Source: Phoronis australis
Taxonomy: Eukaryota; Animalia; Phoronida
Assembly: GCA_002633005.1 (NCBI GenBank)
Contig: NMRA01000648.1
Coordinates: 78,467 to 142,466, forward strand
Length of the DNA stretch: 64,000 nt
Direction of reading: 5' to 3'
In this document: positions 50,782-64,000 of the stretch, one piece after another
Layout: every line of letters starts with the position of its first letter
Position numbering within the stretch: the stretch's first letter is position 1
Program-made: the position numbers and the translations under genes
The notes under the pieces: model-generated
Told to the model about the DNA's origin: nothing
The model's input: only the letters and a program-made list of their open reading frames with translations
The model's database searches: none

Positions 50782-52432
50782 CGCGGCTTTTGAAGTGAGA
50801 ATAAGCAGTTCTAGAAGCAAAAGACTTTGGTGAGAGACACCAAAAACCTCGGAAACCTCATTCTTAAAGTAACGGTGTAAATGGTTGTATTTCAGCCAGT
50901 CTTGTGTAATGCGCTCACCATCACTTTATTCTTTTGCCGAATCGGAGCTTTCTACAAGTTGTCACGGCATACTGGTGTTCTATACTTGTAAAACAAATCT
51001 TTCAAGAGAGACAATATCTTGATTATGTTCATGCAGAACCTGGTCGATAATTTTTGAGATGGTCTTAAAGGCCATCAGTGGGAACCGTCTCAGTTAGTGT
51101 CACGCTTCACTGAATATTTTCACTAACTGACTTCTTAAAAGATGCTAATCTCACTAACTCCAATCATCGAACCGTAGTGGTCTCTCAGCCGTGGCAAACT
51201 GCCTAAACTTTGCGTCAGTTGATGCAGTCTGTAGTCCGATGTGTTGTGCGCTGTGCATGCTGTTCGATTACCAGTAGCGACGCATGCGGCTTGTATATAT
51301 GTAGCAAATTAATTGCCCTGTAAGGTTTAAGTCACGCAACATCTCCAGCAGAAACTGCAACGTCGCTAGCGATCGAGACCTCAAATTACCACCTAGCCTC
51401 GCGTTTGGGTGGTTTTTTTGTAATATAAATCCGTAACTACCGTCGACTTCAATCCTATTGTTTTTTCATAGAAAGGATTGGTCAACTGAGATGAGAAGGC
51501 TATGTTGCCCTCTTAGATATCGTATTGGGTGAGTTTGCGACACACCTAAAACAGCTTCCCAGCGTTTACTTTTTTCATTTCCGTGCCCGGAATCCGTCAG
51601 TTTAATTTAAATTCAAGGTATCATTAGAGTAGGTAACTTGCCTCAGTGTAGGATATGACGTTTGGATATCGTCCCGGGTGGAGAAACTTGTTCCCGGCAA
51701 CCTGTCGGAGAAAGGGAAACGTGTGGTTGCTGGCGCAAGTGTATAATCTTGGAATTCAGTCGAATATTTTAATCGTCTAAGTATGCATAGGTCTAGGTTC
51801 GGAATACGCGTTGACAGCCTCTGCCCAATTTTGGACAAGTCTCTACCATCGGGATAATATCTCACTAGCCCTAGCCCGTTCGCAAAGTGTCTAGATACGT
51901 GCAACAGGAAATGATAATAATGATTTTTGCGGAGGGGGATGACCTTGATTTATTTTTTACAATCAAACCTCACTTTAGGGATTTCATACAAAGCCAGTTT
52001 TAATTTTCTGCTTAATTAGTACATCTTCCGTGAGATAAAACTATCGCCTTTTCTCGTTGTTCACAGTGCCTGTGCTATGGCAAATGTCGAAGGTCATGAC
52101 CTTCAGCCAGGGAATGTCGCCTCTCGCCGTCACAAAACGCTTTCCGGCCATACTAGTTCAAACTGTTTAGATTCGACGAGGGAATTATTTTGCATCAAAC
52201 ACTCCAATGAATCAGTCGTGGTTAATTTTTGTGAACAATTCTATCTTGGGTTCTGGGATAAGTGTTGCACTAGTCATATCTCTCTTGCTACCTCACACGA
52301 GTGTGTGCCATGTAGATATATTCCTGTATGCAGAGTTTTGTTAGGATATACGTTTAAATTGAATTTTTTATAAAAAAAATAAGTAAATATTTTTCACTAA
52401 ATCACATACGTTAATTTATAACCTGATTAATA

Positions 52433-53745
52433 TTATAAGAAGAGTTACGCGAAGCGTTGAAATGTGCCCAGGAATGCATCGCAAATGATGTGCTTTTAGG
52501 GTTGTTTATTTGTATCATCAAAATGGCCACTAGATGGCGCAAAATATGTCGAATCTGTCTGAAAACCAGATACTGTCATCGTTTTTCTAAAAGAAAGCCA
52601 TTTACCAAATTTCATTAAAATTCGTCTAATAACTTCAAAGAAACGGAAAAAAATGAAATTGCCACTGGGGGGCACAGTGTTCGTCGGATCCGTCTAAAAG
52701 TCGTCGTCTTCACTAGTTAACTTGATATGAATACACATGCTAAATTTAATAAAGATCCTACAGAGGGCTTAGGAGATACAGGTATGGGTGCAAAAAACGC
52801 CACTAGGAGGCGCCACAGTAGTCGAAGTCGTCGGAAAATCATCGTCAACCTTAATTCCCTTCATAGAAACTAGAACATACATTTTTACTTTCACAATCAT
52901 CCTTAGTTAGAGTGGTTTGGTTGACAGAGGGACGGACGCTAAAAAAAAGAGTCGAAAACAACAAAAATGGCCACTAGGTGGCGCAAAATACCTTGAATCA
53001 ATCCGAAGATGAATAGTTAGCGTAAACTCCCTAATAGATGTCCATATGACAAATTTTATGGAAATCCGTTGAGGACCTTTGAAGATATTGAGGTAAACAT
53101 AAAAAACTAAAATTGCCACTAGGGGGCACACCTGTAGACCGATCTGTCCGAAAGTCGGCGTCGTCCGTTGTCAACTTCATATAAATTCACCGTAATTAAA
53201 TACATAACTTGTTCAGCGTTTGGTCGCAGCAAAACAAACAAAACTGCCACTAGGAGGCGCCACATTAGTCGAAGTTGTCGGAAAATCATCGACAACTGTC
53301 TTCTTCATAGTAAGAACATGATACATGCAAATTTTCACAATCATTGTTAGAGTGGTTTGGTTTTTAGAGGGGTGGACGCCAAAAAAACGACTCGAAAATA
53401 GTAAAAATGGCCACTACATGGCACACAATTCCTCGAATCCATCCGAAAACGTCAACTCATTAATACATGCCTATGTACCAAATTTCATGAAAATCGATTG
53501 AGTACCGTTGAAGATACGATGGAGAAAGTAAAAAACTAAAATTGCCACTAGGGGGCACAGCGGTATTTGGGTCGGTCCGTAACTCGTCGTCGGCAACCCC
53601 ATAGGAACACACCTTCCAAATTTCAATAAGATCCTGCAAGGGGTTTAGGGAGATACAGCTGCGGACGCATGATACCAGACGCCCGGACGCCCAGACAGAG
53701 ATGACGGCTATATGCGACTACATAAAAATATGTGGGCGCTTAAAA
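52433..53745 (+). mobile_element. HINE/Helentron-like element with an internal higher-order tandem repeat
   Basis: Eight 130-170-bp subunits containing CCACTAGRKGGCRC-like motifs and AAATTTCAT/AAATTTT motifs. GGAC/AGAC microrepeat, a short stem-loop and an A-run at the right end. Confidence 0.6.
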
Positions 53746-55430
53746 AGGACATTCTTTAATATACATGAGTGCTGCTTCGTCGGCTCAACGGTTCAAACTA
53801 AGACAAACAAAAATGAAGCGGTATAAAAATAACACTCATGAGCACCATTATGACTATAATATACCTGTAGAGAACAATATGTGCTAACTTGCCTCGTTCC
53901 ATGCATTTTCTGTGAAATTGGGAAGCATTTTGGAGTTTTCCTATTAAAATGTTTTACCCAAATATTAGACTTCAGGTTTTCTCATTTCAGGAACCGACTT
54001 AACATAACTCAACTCAAACAGAGCTGAAGGTCCATCAAAAAATGTTTCCAAGATTCTGGTAAATGAATGAACACGAATCAAAAGAAATTCCCAGTATGGG
54101 AAAAATACTCAGTTTGCTAAGTGTTCTAGTATTTCGAGAGTCGGCTATTACGAAAAAAGTAACTTTTAAAAATGTTTCAATGTTTGATTCATCTGAAAAA
54201 GCATGTGCACTTTGCTCTACACTAACCTCTAATAATCAAATTACTAATGTCTAACAATCCTCTCCTGCACCATAGTGTCCATCATACTATCTCCTACTGA
54301 GCTAGCACCGCCTCATCTTTTCCGTTGCCACGTGGACCTCCTTGACGACTCAAATATTGCGTGCCCCCCCGGAGGAATCTCAGAATAGTCTTTCCTCTCC
54401 AGGTTCTAATTTCCTCTCGTGCTGATATTTACGTTGTTCCGTTTTTCTCTTGCCGTTTGGGCGTCACGCATCACGATTTCGCATTGGATTTCGGATTGTT
54501 TGGCAAAGAAGTGTGGAGAGGAAGAAAGTGGCCGGAAGAAGCTTAGATACTCAGAGCGTAGGCATACACGAAATAACACGAAATCTTAACAGAACACTGA
54601 TTGAGCAATTTCGCTATAGTATCTTGTACATTTATCCATGATAAACTATACCTGAACAACGAAAGAAAATTTTAGAAGTTCATTTTAATTGAGTACATGA
54701 CCTATGAGGTGTTTCCATTAACAACGAAAGCACAGACATTGTGTTTTCTCGTGGTTGTCTTGGGTATACAGAACGCATCCAGGGTTTTGGTTAAAAATAA
54801 TTTTCCGGTTTCAGTTTTCGTAAAAAATAGTTACAGAAAATTATCTTAACGTAATCGAAAATAGTCATAAGCCAAGGCGCAGTCACACTATGACGAAATG
54901 GCACCGCGATATTTGTTTGTTCTTCTCTGGAATACGGTAATACAATATATTGTGTCCACTGTTTAGAATTCGTTATTCGTTATGAAATCCTTCCGGTCAT
55001 ACGGGCTCGCGAAGATGCTCTTCAGGAATGTGTCAAAAATTTTTGTTTCTCTATACAGCCGATTTTGAGCGCGTAAAGGATTTCGTTATGGTGTGCCACA
55101 TGACACCTTTATTCCCAAATGGTACACGAAAACTTTCAAAACACTAGCGCCTGGAAGTATAGCGTTCACTACATTTTTCGTTTTTACTTCTTCGATATCT
55201 ACAGCCGCCGAATTTGTATTATTGAATTTTCTTACCAAAAATTGATGGCACTAAATGTCGGTTGCATTTTGCAAGAATCCGATCTCGGTAACATTTTTGA
55301 TTGGTGAAATAATTCTGTGATCAAATGATGAAAGCAAAGGAAAGCGCATATTTAATTAGAGATTTCGAATTTCCAATCAGAGATTTCGAATTTCGTCGGA
55401 CGGTACCAAATTGAAGGCAACAGCTCTAAT

Positions 55431-55680
55431 CATGCGCGCACCCTGGGGGCTCCGAGGGCTCGAACGAGACCCTCATTTGGCAAAGGAGGAAAATAGTCCG
55501 CTTCAGAGAAACAAAATTCCGAAAAGTAGAGAACGAGACAAAAGTCGATTAAAAAGGCAGGAACTACCAAAATTTGGCGAATGCACAGCTCATAGGTCTG
55601 AACGTACCCCGTGACTCATAATAAAATGTCCACATTCGCAAAAAGCGAGCCCCAGTTTTTTTAAGCTGGGTGCGCGTATG
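55431..55680 (+). mobile_element. Family B MITE, second copy
   Basis: CATGCGCGCACCCTGGGGGCTCCGAGGGCTCGAACGAG...GCTGGGTGCGCGTATG. Confidence 0.78.
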
Positions 55681-57018
55681 TTCATAGCAATTTTTGAAGA
55701 AGTTTTTTATTTTTAACTTGACACCCAGATTTCTGATGCCGCCTTTGTTCTAGCATGGGTATACCCCATGGAGTCTTCCCCGGCACAGTCGTGTCTCGCG
55801 TGGTGTTAGGAACACATTCATCAATCAGTTCTAGTGGTGTACCATAAAGAGAATCAACTATAATAAATATTTTGATACACTGGGTAGTAAAATTACAACT
55901 GAAATTCATTGTTCTTGGTCTTTGACAGGTATTTGTAGGTGTATGTTCACACATTAATCACGTGACGCGCCCCATCGGGGGCAACTTTTATCACTCGGCG
56001 TAGCAATTGACTTGCACTTGACTGCACGTATGTCCAAAACATTTATAGCTTGATGACCGATGACAAAAATACTGAAGACACCGCACTTTTCGTCGGTCTC
56101 GAAAACTGTTCCCGTGGATTCACGTGCGACTGGAGTTTGCGTGTTAATGTTTCGCGGGCTCGTAAGGGTTAAGATGTTTAGAGTGTTAGGGTTGTCAAAA
56201 GTCTGATAATCGTTATGGCGACTGATTTTGCGATGCGTAGCTGAAATTCACTAACAACGTTCGTCATTTTTCTTGAGATTAAAAATAAACTGCCTGTGTT
56301 CAAAATTGTGTTACCTAGCAAAGACTTTCATCTTAATCGACATACTGTAGCACTGCCAATGGTAAAAGCTATTCAGCTTAGCCCATAATCTCGGTGGTCC
56401 CTGCGAGTGTCGCTAGGTGTTTATCTACACGCCGGGATTTTTGGAAAATAAATCAACTATTAAATTTGTTACCTCAGTCGTCCTTGCATCGATTGCACTA
56501 CAAAAACAATATTGCCAGCCTTTGGAAAGCGGAACGTTGCTATTTTAGCAGTTACTTTTTATCCATGTTGAAGAGACATTACTGTCACGTCTTTCTACTT
56601 GAGTGTAAGGCACCCCCATGGCACCACTAATAATGCGGCCGAACGCACTGACTGACACAGCTATACAGGGACACGGCACCAACTTCGGGAGGTATTCCAT
56701 GTGCCAGAGTTTTTTTTTGTTGAAAAGCCATTCACGAACTAGAACATGACTGAAACAAGCATCTCAGTTCCCTAATCCGCGCACGAGCATTTTGTCTTTT
56801 TAAACGCCGAGGCCATACATGGAAAGCAGACTGCACTTTAATTGGAGAGCTGGGCACAGCTATGGCCCGGTGCCGGGGTGGTCTGAAAACAACGAGGACT
56901 ATTTTGGTTGTGTGTGTGTTTCGAATGAAAGCGAACAGTGCTTATTTCTTTTGCATGCAACGAATAAGCATCAAAGTACGCATTGGTGCTGCATACTAAC
57001 AAGAGAGAATCAACGACG

Positions 57019-58203
57019 CAGTGGCGGATCTACGTTTTCAGCAAGGGGGGGGTTAGGATTCCCGCCAAGGTCGAATCCTAGGCGCGTGGCGCCGAGCGGG
57101 GGGAGGTCGGGAGGGAGGTTTCCCCTCCCGTGTAAGAATTTTTTTTTGTTTTTGGAGCCAAATAGTGAAATTTCCATGCATCCTTGTAAGTTTCTGGCAC
57201 TTAACATGTCTCTGGAGTTTTTCTTAAGATTAAAAACCCTTCTCGATTTCGTCACATGAACTTGGCACATAAGTTTCGTGAAACCATATTGTGCACATCT
57301 GTGTATGAGTCACGCCACCAGCAAAAATTTTTGTTGGAACATCTGCTTACACACACCTTTTTTAGCATACGAAAAGTCGTATACGAAAAAGTGTGGTGTG
57401 TATACAGGGGTTTAGACAAATTCCAAATATTCAAGAGCATAATTAAGGAGCACCGACGGGGCGTAAAAACTTGAATATCAGATGATCGCGTAACAGCAGC
57501 TTCAAGTTGTTTNNNNNNNNNNNNNNNNNNNNNNNNNNNNNNNNNNNNNNNNNNNNNNNNNNNNNNNNNNNNNNNNNNNNNNNNNNNNNNNNNNNNNNNN
57601 NNNNNNNNNNNNNNNNNNNNNNNNNNNNNNNNNNNNNNNNNNNNNNTTTTTTTCAAAAATATTACATGTACATGCATGTACACAATATTACATGTACATG
57701 TACACTGTATGATATTGCACAAGACAACTTTGCTATACATCAGTTACAAACGTGTGGAGTGTAATAGAATGACACGGCATGACAGATGAGGTAAAAACGT
57801 TGCACGTCAATTCGCCTGAATACCAGGGTTGCGGCACCGCAGTATTTCCCCTAATCAAATCAAAATATATCTTAGGGTAAAGAAGCTAGTTACCTAAAGA
57901 AATCAGCTATAGAACTGCTCTTTCAGCGGTGAAGTACATGCTTGGCTACTTCAGAAGTGTCGACGGAAGCGCGCGCACAATAATCCGCGCGCGTTTTGCC
58001 GATGAGCCACAAAGACTCAACAATTCACAACGCAAAAAACTATATTTTCAGAGTGAACCCCCCTCAATTTTTTCCAAGTTGGTTTTTGGGGTTTACACAA
58101 GCTGGCGGTGTCGTTTTTGTTTTGCTGGAGACGCTTTTGTTTGTTTTTTTAAATTTTTGGGTCCTGGCCCGAGGGGGGGTTTAAACCCCNAGATCCGCCA
58201 CTG
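57019..58203. mobile_element. Non-autonomous hAT-like element
   Basis: 13-bp TIR CAGTGGCGGATCT...AGATCCGCCACTG; flanks ACGACG and CCGACG resemble a 6-bp TSD; spans a gap. Confidence 0.7.
57513..57646. other. Assembly gap
   Basis: N run. Confidence 1.
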
Positions 58204-59371
58204 CCGACGCGGCAGAGCGAGATCCCGGCGCTCATACACTCTATGCTCGCTGAACGAAAGTGAACCGCGCCCCGGCCTTCTCTCGTACTTATGCAAATTA
58301 GCGAGCTACCAACGGCTCAAATGGCTTCAGGGACGGACCCAGCGCACATCAGTGACGCACGCCTGCAAAACAATCGTGAGTTTGCTAGAAGTCAAACGGT
58401 TTACCCTTACGGAGTGATCGGCGAAGGGCACCGTGACAGCTGAAAGTCGTAACAACAAACGCGTGATGCGTTGTGTTAGAAACAAACTGACTGTGGGTAC
58501 TGTGGGCGTCTTAGAATAAAATTGTCGTGCCACGTGAGTCACCGTAGAATCTGCCAATGGTCTTATCTACGTTGCTAGTTCATACCAAACGAGATTCAAA
58601 GGAAAAAATCTTCAGTGGTGGTAGTTTAGTAATGCCTCAGTTTCAACTCCGGAAAGCGAATTTCGGCGGTACCGCTTCGGTCGGCATGGAAAGTAGCCCA
58701 GGCGGGCGCTGCAAGGACACTGACTCAGTCGATTGGGACTTACATTTTGTATACCGTAACAACAACCAAGATCTGGCGTTGTCTAGTCAGTCCCTGCCCG
58801 GTGCACAGGCGTCCTCAGCTTCTGATCGTCCCCAATACACTACATTATGTAGTACGTTCAAATACGTTCAATAGATGTCGCTGTAGATTTCCATTTTGTA
58901 AATTTTGCTATTGTCGTTGCACAAGATTGACCCGCAAGTTCCCTGGGTAACAGTCGATTTCGTAAATTCCAATTTTAAAAATTAACAGTAACCAAAGAAG
59001 CTATATGTTGTGAATTGGCATTGTAAGTATATGAATAACCAAATCGCTGCTGTAGTAATTACGGAATCAAGTCTTTGATCAATCCCTGAACCAGGAGTTG
59101 CGTCCTGCGACTCCGGGATCCGCCTATTTGTGCTTGACTTCACTTCAGTCGTTGCCCACGTCAGTTAGAAACCAGATCTACCCAGTCACGTGTGCTAGTT
59201 TTCCTTGCGGTTGTTGTGAAGAGCGGTTTTCAAACAAATTGGAATGTGCCATAACGTAATTAATTCAAAGCATGATTTGCTTTACAACCTGTAGGCAAAC
59301 TCGAGCATGTGTGTGATAAGTACAGTCGGGCATCTTACATGTCTTGGCTGCAATAGACTGAGACTAGACAC

Positions 59372-60268
59372 AGCACTGGTCCGATATAGCGGTCCCTGGT
59401 AATTGTTTACAATATGACGACAATGACTTAGACATATGATTTTGGTATCGTTCGATTCCTCGCAATGTTATCTTTCCAAATATACACAGAAATTTGTCCT
59501 ACCCCGTTCCCTTAGTTTTTTATCGTGAAATTAATGCTCGCACTATTTCCTGGTACTCGGTGCGAAACCGCCATGTTGAATGGATAAGGAGTCACCTGGC
59601 GGTCAAAAACTGAACTAATCTACCGACTTGCAGATCGTCGCTTTTCATAAGTTCAAATTGACCGAGACCCGTCAATCCCCTGCCCGAGTTACCTAACGAA
59701 GGGTTCGAATTCGATCCTATGGTGACCCTGATATACGCATCTGCTAGCAAAAATCTGCCAAAAAAGCGGAGGTTGTTTTTGAGGTCCAGATTTGTGAAAA
59801 AGTATCACTTCAGACAATTTCATGGAAAAATGGTCAAATGGTCACAATTCTGAAAAAATGGAAAAGGTAAAGTGCTTCTACTTGTGCATCCACCATATTA
59901 TGTCAGGAAAACTTTAGCGGGAATCTCGCGCGGGCAACCACCATTCAGAATCAATAATGCTGTTTCATCCAATAACAATAGGTGTCGCTGTTATCTTGAG
60001 TTGAGCTAACATGGCGGTGTCCACCGGGAAATAGTGCTAACTGAAATTCGACGATAAAATATGAAGGAAACGCGGTAGGGGATCAATTCAAATATTTTTA
60101 GAAAGATAACATGGCGAGGAATCTAAGTCATTGCCGTCATATTGTAAACAATTACCCGGTCCCTGATTTTGAAAACCAGGCAATCACTGAATAACGAACC
60201 CATTACCTAGTGGATGAAACTGGTTCTCTAACTCAGGGACCGCTCTTTCGGCTATATCGGACCATTGC
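59372..60268. mobile_element. Foldback element with ~200-bp imperfect inverted arms
   Basis: Complementary pairs: GGTAATTGTTTACAATATGACG/CGTCATATTGTAAACAATTACC, ATGTTATCTTTC/GAAAGATAACAT, GCACTATTTCC/GGAAATAGTGC, CCGCCATGTT/AACATGGCGG, TGGTCCGATATAGC/GCTATATCGGACCA. Confidence 0.82.
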
Positions 60269-61119
60269 CATAGACACTGGACTGTTGAGTGAATGACAGT
60301 TCTTTACTTGTTGACTTTTTATGCTACTGGCATTGCTGAGGATGAGAAATCGTTTAACAAATGTGAAAACTCCCTCGGGTAGTAACTGATGAGGGTATGC
60401 TAGTGTCTAGCAACTCATAAGTTGTATTTTGTTTTCTAGTAACATGAGACGTAGTTTGAAATGCTTAGGACTAGCTTGTCCTTATATAGAAGGATAAAGT
60501 GTCTAATATCAAGATAAATAATCTTTATATAAATACAAATCTTTAACCAGCGTGGACATGCAGATGACCGGGGGCAGAAATCTTTTTAGACTTATGTTAA
60601 TTAGGTCACGTGATATGGCCCACAGACTGCGTGCAGACCAGACTTAAAAATGTTTGTGAATTACTGGTAATACTTTTTACTTGTGTCACTGTTGTGTGAT
60701 TGTTGATTTGTGTATTGGGGTTAGCAGTTTTAGCCTTGCACTTCCATATGTTACTGTGCTATGCAACATTAATCACTACTTAAACCCTTATGGTTAAGTT
60801 TGACTTGTCACCACCATGCTCAATTTTGAATTGCTGTGTCTATGCAGTCCTTTTAAGTGGTTTGAACCCTTAAAATATTGAGTCACTTGTCTACTGTCAC
60901 TTTCTTCAATTTAGTGCCTACTGCTGTCTGAATCTTACCAGTTTCCTTGAAATTATTAAATATTTACCTGATCTAATTTTTCACAAAAAATTAACCAAGA
61001 ACACAGTACTAGTAGTCTACCTTTCGTGACTTAACTGAATACTGCAATTGACAGCATTATGTCATGTCCCCCCACTCAACTTGAAGGCTATAAATTGGCA
61101 ACTAGTCTGTGTATAAAAA

Positions 61120-61367
61120 AGGGACATTGTGAACTTAGGTCACGTTTTATGAAGGAAGTTCAATGGAGACATCCAACTCAAGAATCCTGTGTACGCCTGC
61201 TGGCTAATCCAGATATATCTGCTGTTAAATATGTGTATTTTGCCCTTAAAAGACCAGAACAACTCTTAAATGGGTTGATTGCTTGTGCAAATGTGCCTGA
61301 TTAATTGTTTTGTTTATTGTACTTTGGGCCAGAGGCCTTCAATACAAATAAACGTATTATTATTATA
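61120..61367 (+). mobile_element. Probable 5'-truncated LINE 3' end
   Basis: Peptide ...KYVYFALKR resembles a LINE ORF2 C-terminus, followed by a short UTR, AATAAA and a (TAT)n tail. Confidence 0.4.
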
Positions 61368-62010
61368 GTCTGTGTATATCTTCAAAACTGTAGTGTGGAG
61401 GTAGAAAGCCTGTTGGCTAAATCACAATCAAGGTCCATATTCGAGAGTTGACTGTGTTACGGTCTAAAATAATTTTTTGGTCACTTACCAGATGCCAACT
61501 GAATCTCATTATGCAAAGAGTTATTTAGTTGTGCAAATTAAAAAAGAATCATCAAAATTGGACAATGTTTGAGAAATTTATGCATGTTTTTGTCTCTGAA
61601 TTTCATGCATTTTTAGTGTTAACTTACGAGTGGCCATTTTAAAAATAACAATTTTCAACTGTCAAGAGTAGAAAAGAAAATTATTTTATCAAGCAATCAA
61701 TTGTTTAGATATGACTGGGAATATCTTGAATCACTTTCAGAGTCAATTAGATGAAGTTGTGCTTAATCATTGAGAAATGGTAGGGTTCATAATAAAACAG
61801 GTACTCATTATGAAATTTGTAAATTCTGTGTTTCTAACCCTCACCTACTGTAAAGAAGGTTAAAAACTAAAGTTCACACTCTGTAATGAAAAAACTGCAA
61901 AATATGTCAGCCTAGGCAACACAGCAAATTATTCAATACCTAAACAAACCAAGAATTTGAATATTGAATGGGTTCTGCTATGTTGAAAATGGGCCAAAAG
62001 GCTAACAAAA

Positions 62011-62890
62011 TGTAGTGTACGTACCCCCATGTGGAATTCAGTAATACAAATGGTCATTGCAAATGAAATTATTGCCTTTTAAATAACATGGTACTTATTA
62101 TCACCAAAGAAAAATAAATGGCCGTACAACATTATGTTACCATGTGATGCAGAAACAGTGATGTAGTGTATGTACCCCCTTTTGTAGTGTACGTACCCAT
62201 TGTTTGCAAATGCCATGAAATTAAAATATCACTTGGTGAGTGAGCAATACTGGTCATAGACAGTTTTCTTCCTTAAAAATGTTAGGTTAAAAGAGTGTTT
62301 ATTACCAATACATTTGTTTTGAGTGAAATATTAGCATTTGTGTAGTGTACGTACCCCCATATTTTAATTTGTGCCTATTTTCAAAGTATGGCAGGTATGC
62401 ACTTGAATGCTGTGCTTTTTATTTTTTCTCTTTGAATTGGTTTATTAAATCAACTAACTCTCAGTAGATTCTTAGTATTTAGTTACAAACCTGACATGTC
62501 ATTGAAATGTAGTGTACGTACCCGTGTGTAGTGTTCGTACCCCTATGTGAATAAATGCCATGAAACAAAAATATAACATGGTAAGTAAGCAACACTTGTC
62601 ACAGACAGCTTCCTCCATTAAAAATTCTAGGTTAAAAGGGTGTTAATTACAAATAAATTTGTTTTGAGTGAAATATTAGCATTTGTGTAGTGTTCGTATC
62701 CCTGTATTTTAACATGTGCCTTTTTTCAAAGAATGACAGACAGATATGCACATGACTGCATGCTGTACTTTTTATTTGTTCGCTTTGAATATTGGTAAAT
62801 GAACTAACTCTCAGTAGATTTTAATTATTTTTTATAAACCTGAAAAGTCATTGAAATGTAGTGTATGTACCCCTGTGTAGTGTACGTACC
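62011..62890 (+). repeat. ~345-bp imperfect tandem repeat with recurring TGTAGTGTACGTACCC
   Basis: Motif near 62011, 62162, 62183, 62340, 62508, 62527, 62686, 62857 and 62876; blocks recur with a period of about 345. Confidence 0.8.
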
Positions 62891-64000
62891 TTCAACCTCT
62901 GTGCTATAAAGTATTGTCCACTTACATACAGCTGCTGTTCTCATGAACAATATTTCCAAAATGAATACAGTCTGACAAAAAAAAACAATGGACATTATCA
63001 AATTTGTGGACAATAAAATGCCACACAGTACTTGGCTATTACTGAAAATCCTAGAAGACACGTCATGTGACAACTGATGTTGCAGAGGCAGGTTCTCTAT
63101 CTCTCAAGACAACTTCAACTTGCAACAAAACCAACAAGTAGAGGTAGCACAAAACTCTAGACCATCTACCGGTAATACATTTGTAATTTAGTCAAAATTT
63201 GACGTTGATTGACTGTGTGTATTGTATGTACCCCCCAACCAGTACCATTTTTTACTGTTTACAAGTGGAACACTGGGCCTAGCAATGCTTTAACTATTTT
63301 GACTAACTGGTGAATGTATCGAAAACTAGGCAAATAGCACCAATATAGTTTTTGAAAAAGTAGTAGCTTGTCATTTTCTTTTTGTAAGAATCATATTGTA
63401 AGAGAAGGAAGTTCTCAATTATACTGTGTTAAGATATGCAATGTATGGTCATCTAGAACAACTTGATCAGCACGGTAATAACTTTACTTATTTTAGTATG
63501 TGATTCATCTTCAATTTAATCATAAAGTTATTAAATTAACAGCTACCTTATGAATTTTTGCATGGTAGAAGTGGGTTGTGACCACAAGTTGTAGTGTATG
63601 TACCCTTTTATACAACTGTGTTGCATTAGGCCATAAAATTGTATTTGGTGGTTCTTGTGCAAAAATATTTTAGGTTACAAACCTGGAGTGATGGTACTTG
63701 AAAATAACTGAGCTTTTACAGTTATATGACAACCTTCATTTTTCACCGAAAGTGGCAACCAAATATGGACCTTGATTTTGATTTTAGGGCCCTGTGGAAT
63801 TTTATTTTTGGCTTTATACCAATCTACCTTTAATCATTTGTTTTTAGTAAAATTTGTTGAAAAAGAGGTGAGCTTGTACGGGATATTGGGATGAAGGGGA
63901 AAGTAGGCCGTTGGTAAGCACGTGAGATGCTCCTAATTTTTCATTTGACTAAAAGAACGCCTTCCAGCCAATCTCAGCTGCGCTGTCGGACCATTGCTGA

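Overview
AT-rich, intron-containing animal DNA, probably from a marine invertebrate and plausibly a lophotrochozoan, with three assembly gaps. The left half holds a minus-strand gene that I spliced by hand into 19 phase-compatible GT-AG exons (28959 down to 431, 4283 nt, about 1427 aa, continuing past the left edge). It encodes a kinase-less, class-III-like myosin motor, one IQ motif, an acidic linker and the N-terminal membrane region of a metazoan chitin synthase, i.e. a myosin-chitin synthase fusion. The catalytic domain is outside the window. The 11.7-kb second intron contains a decayed 5.8-kb ISL2EU-type DNA transposon (AT TSD, THAP and YqaJ remnants), a long hairpin and a tRNA-like sequence. 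The right half holds an intronless orphan rhodopsin-class GPCR (GPR21/52-like) among many non-autonomous elements. These include an 8-copy ~150-bp TIR family and a HINE-like repeat carrying eight co-oriented CTCF-consensus-like motifs.
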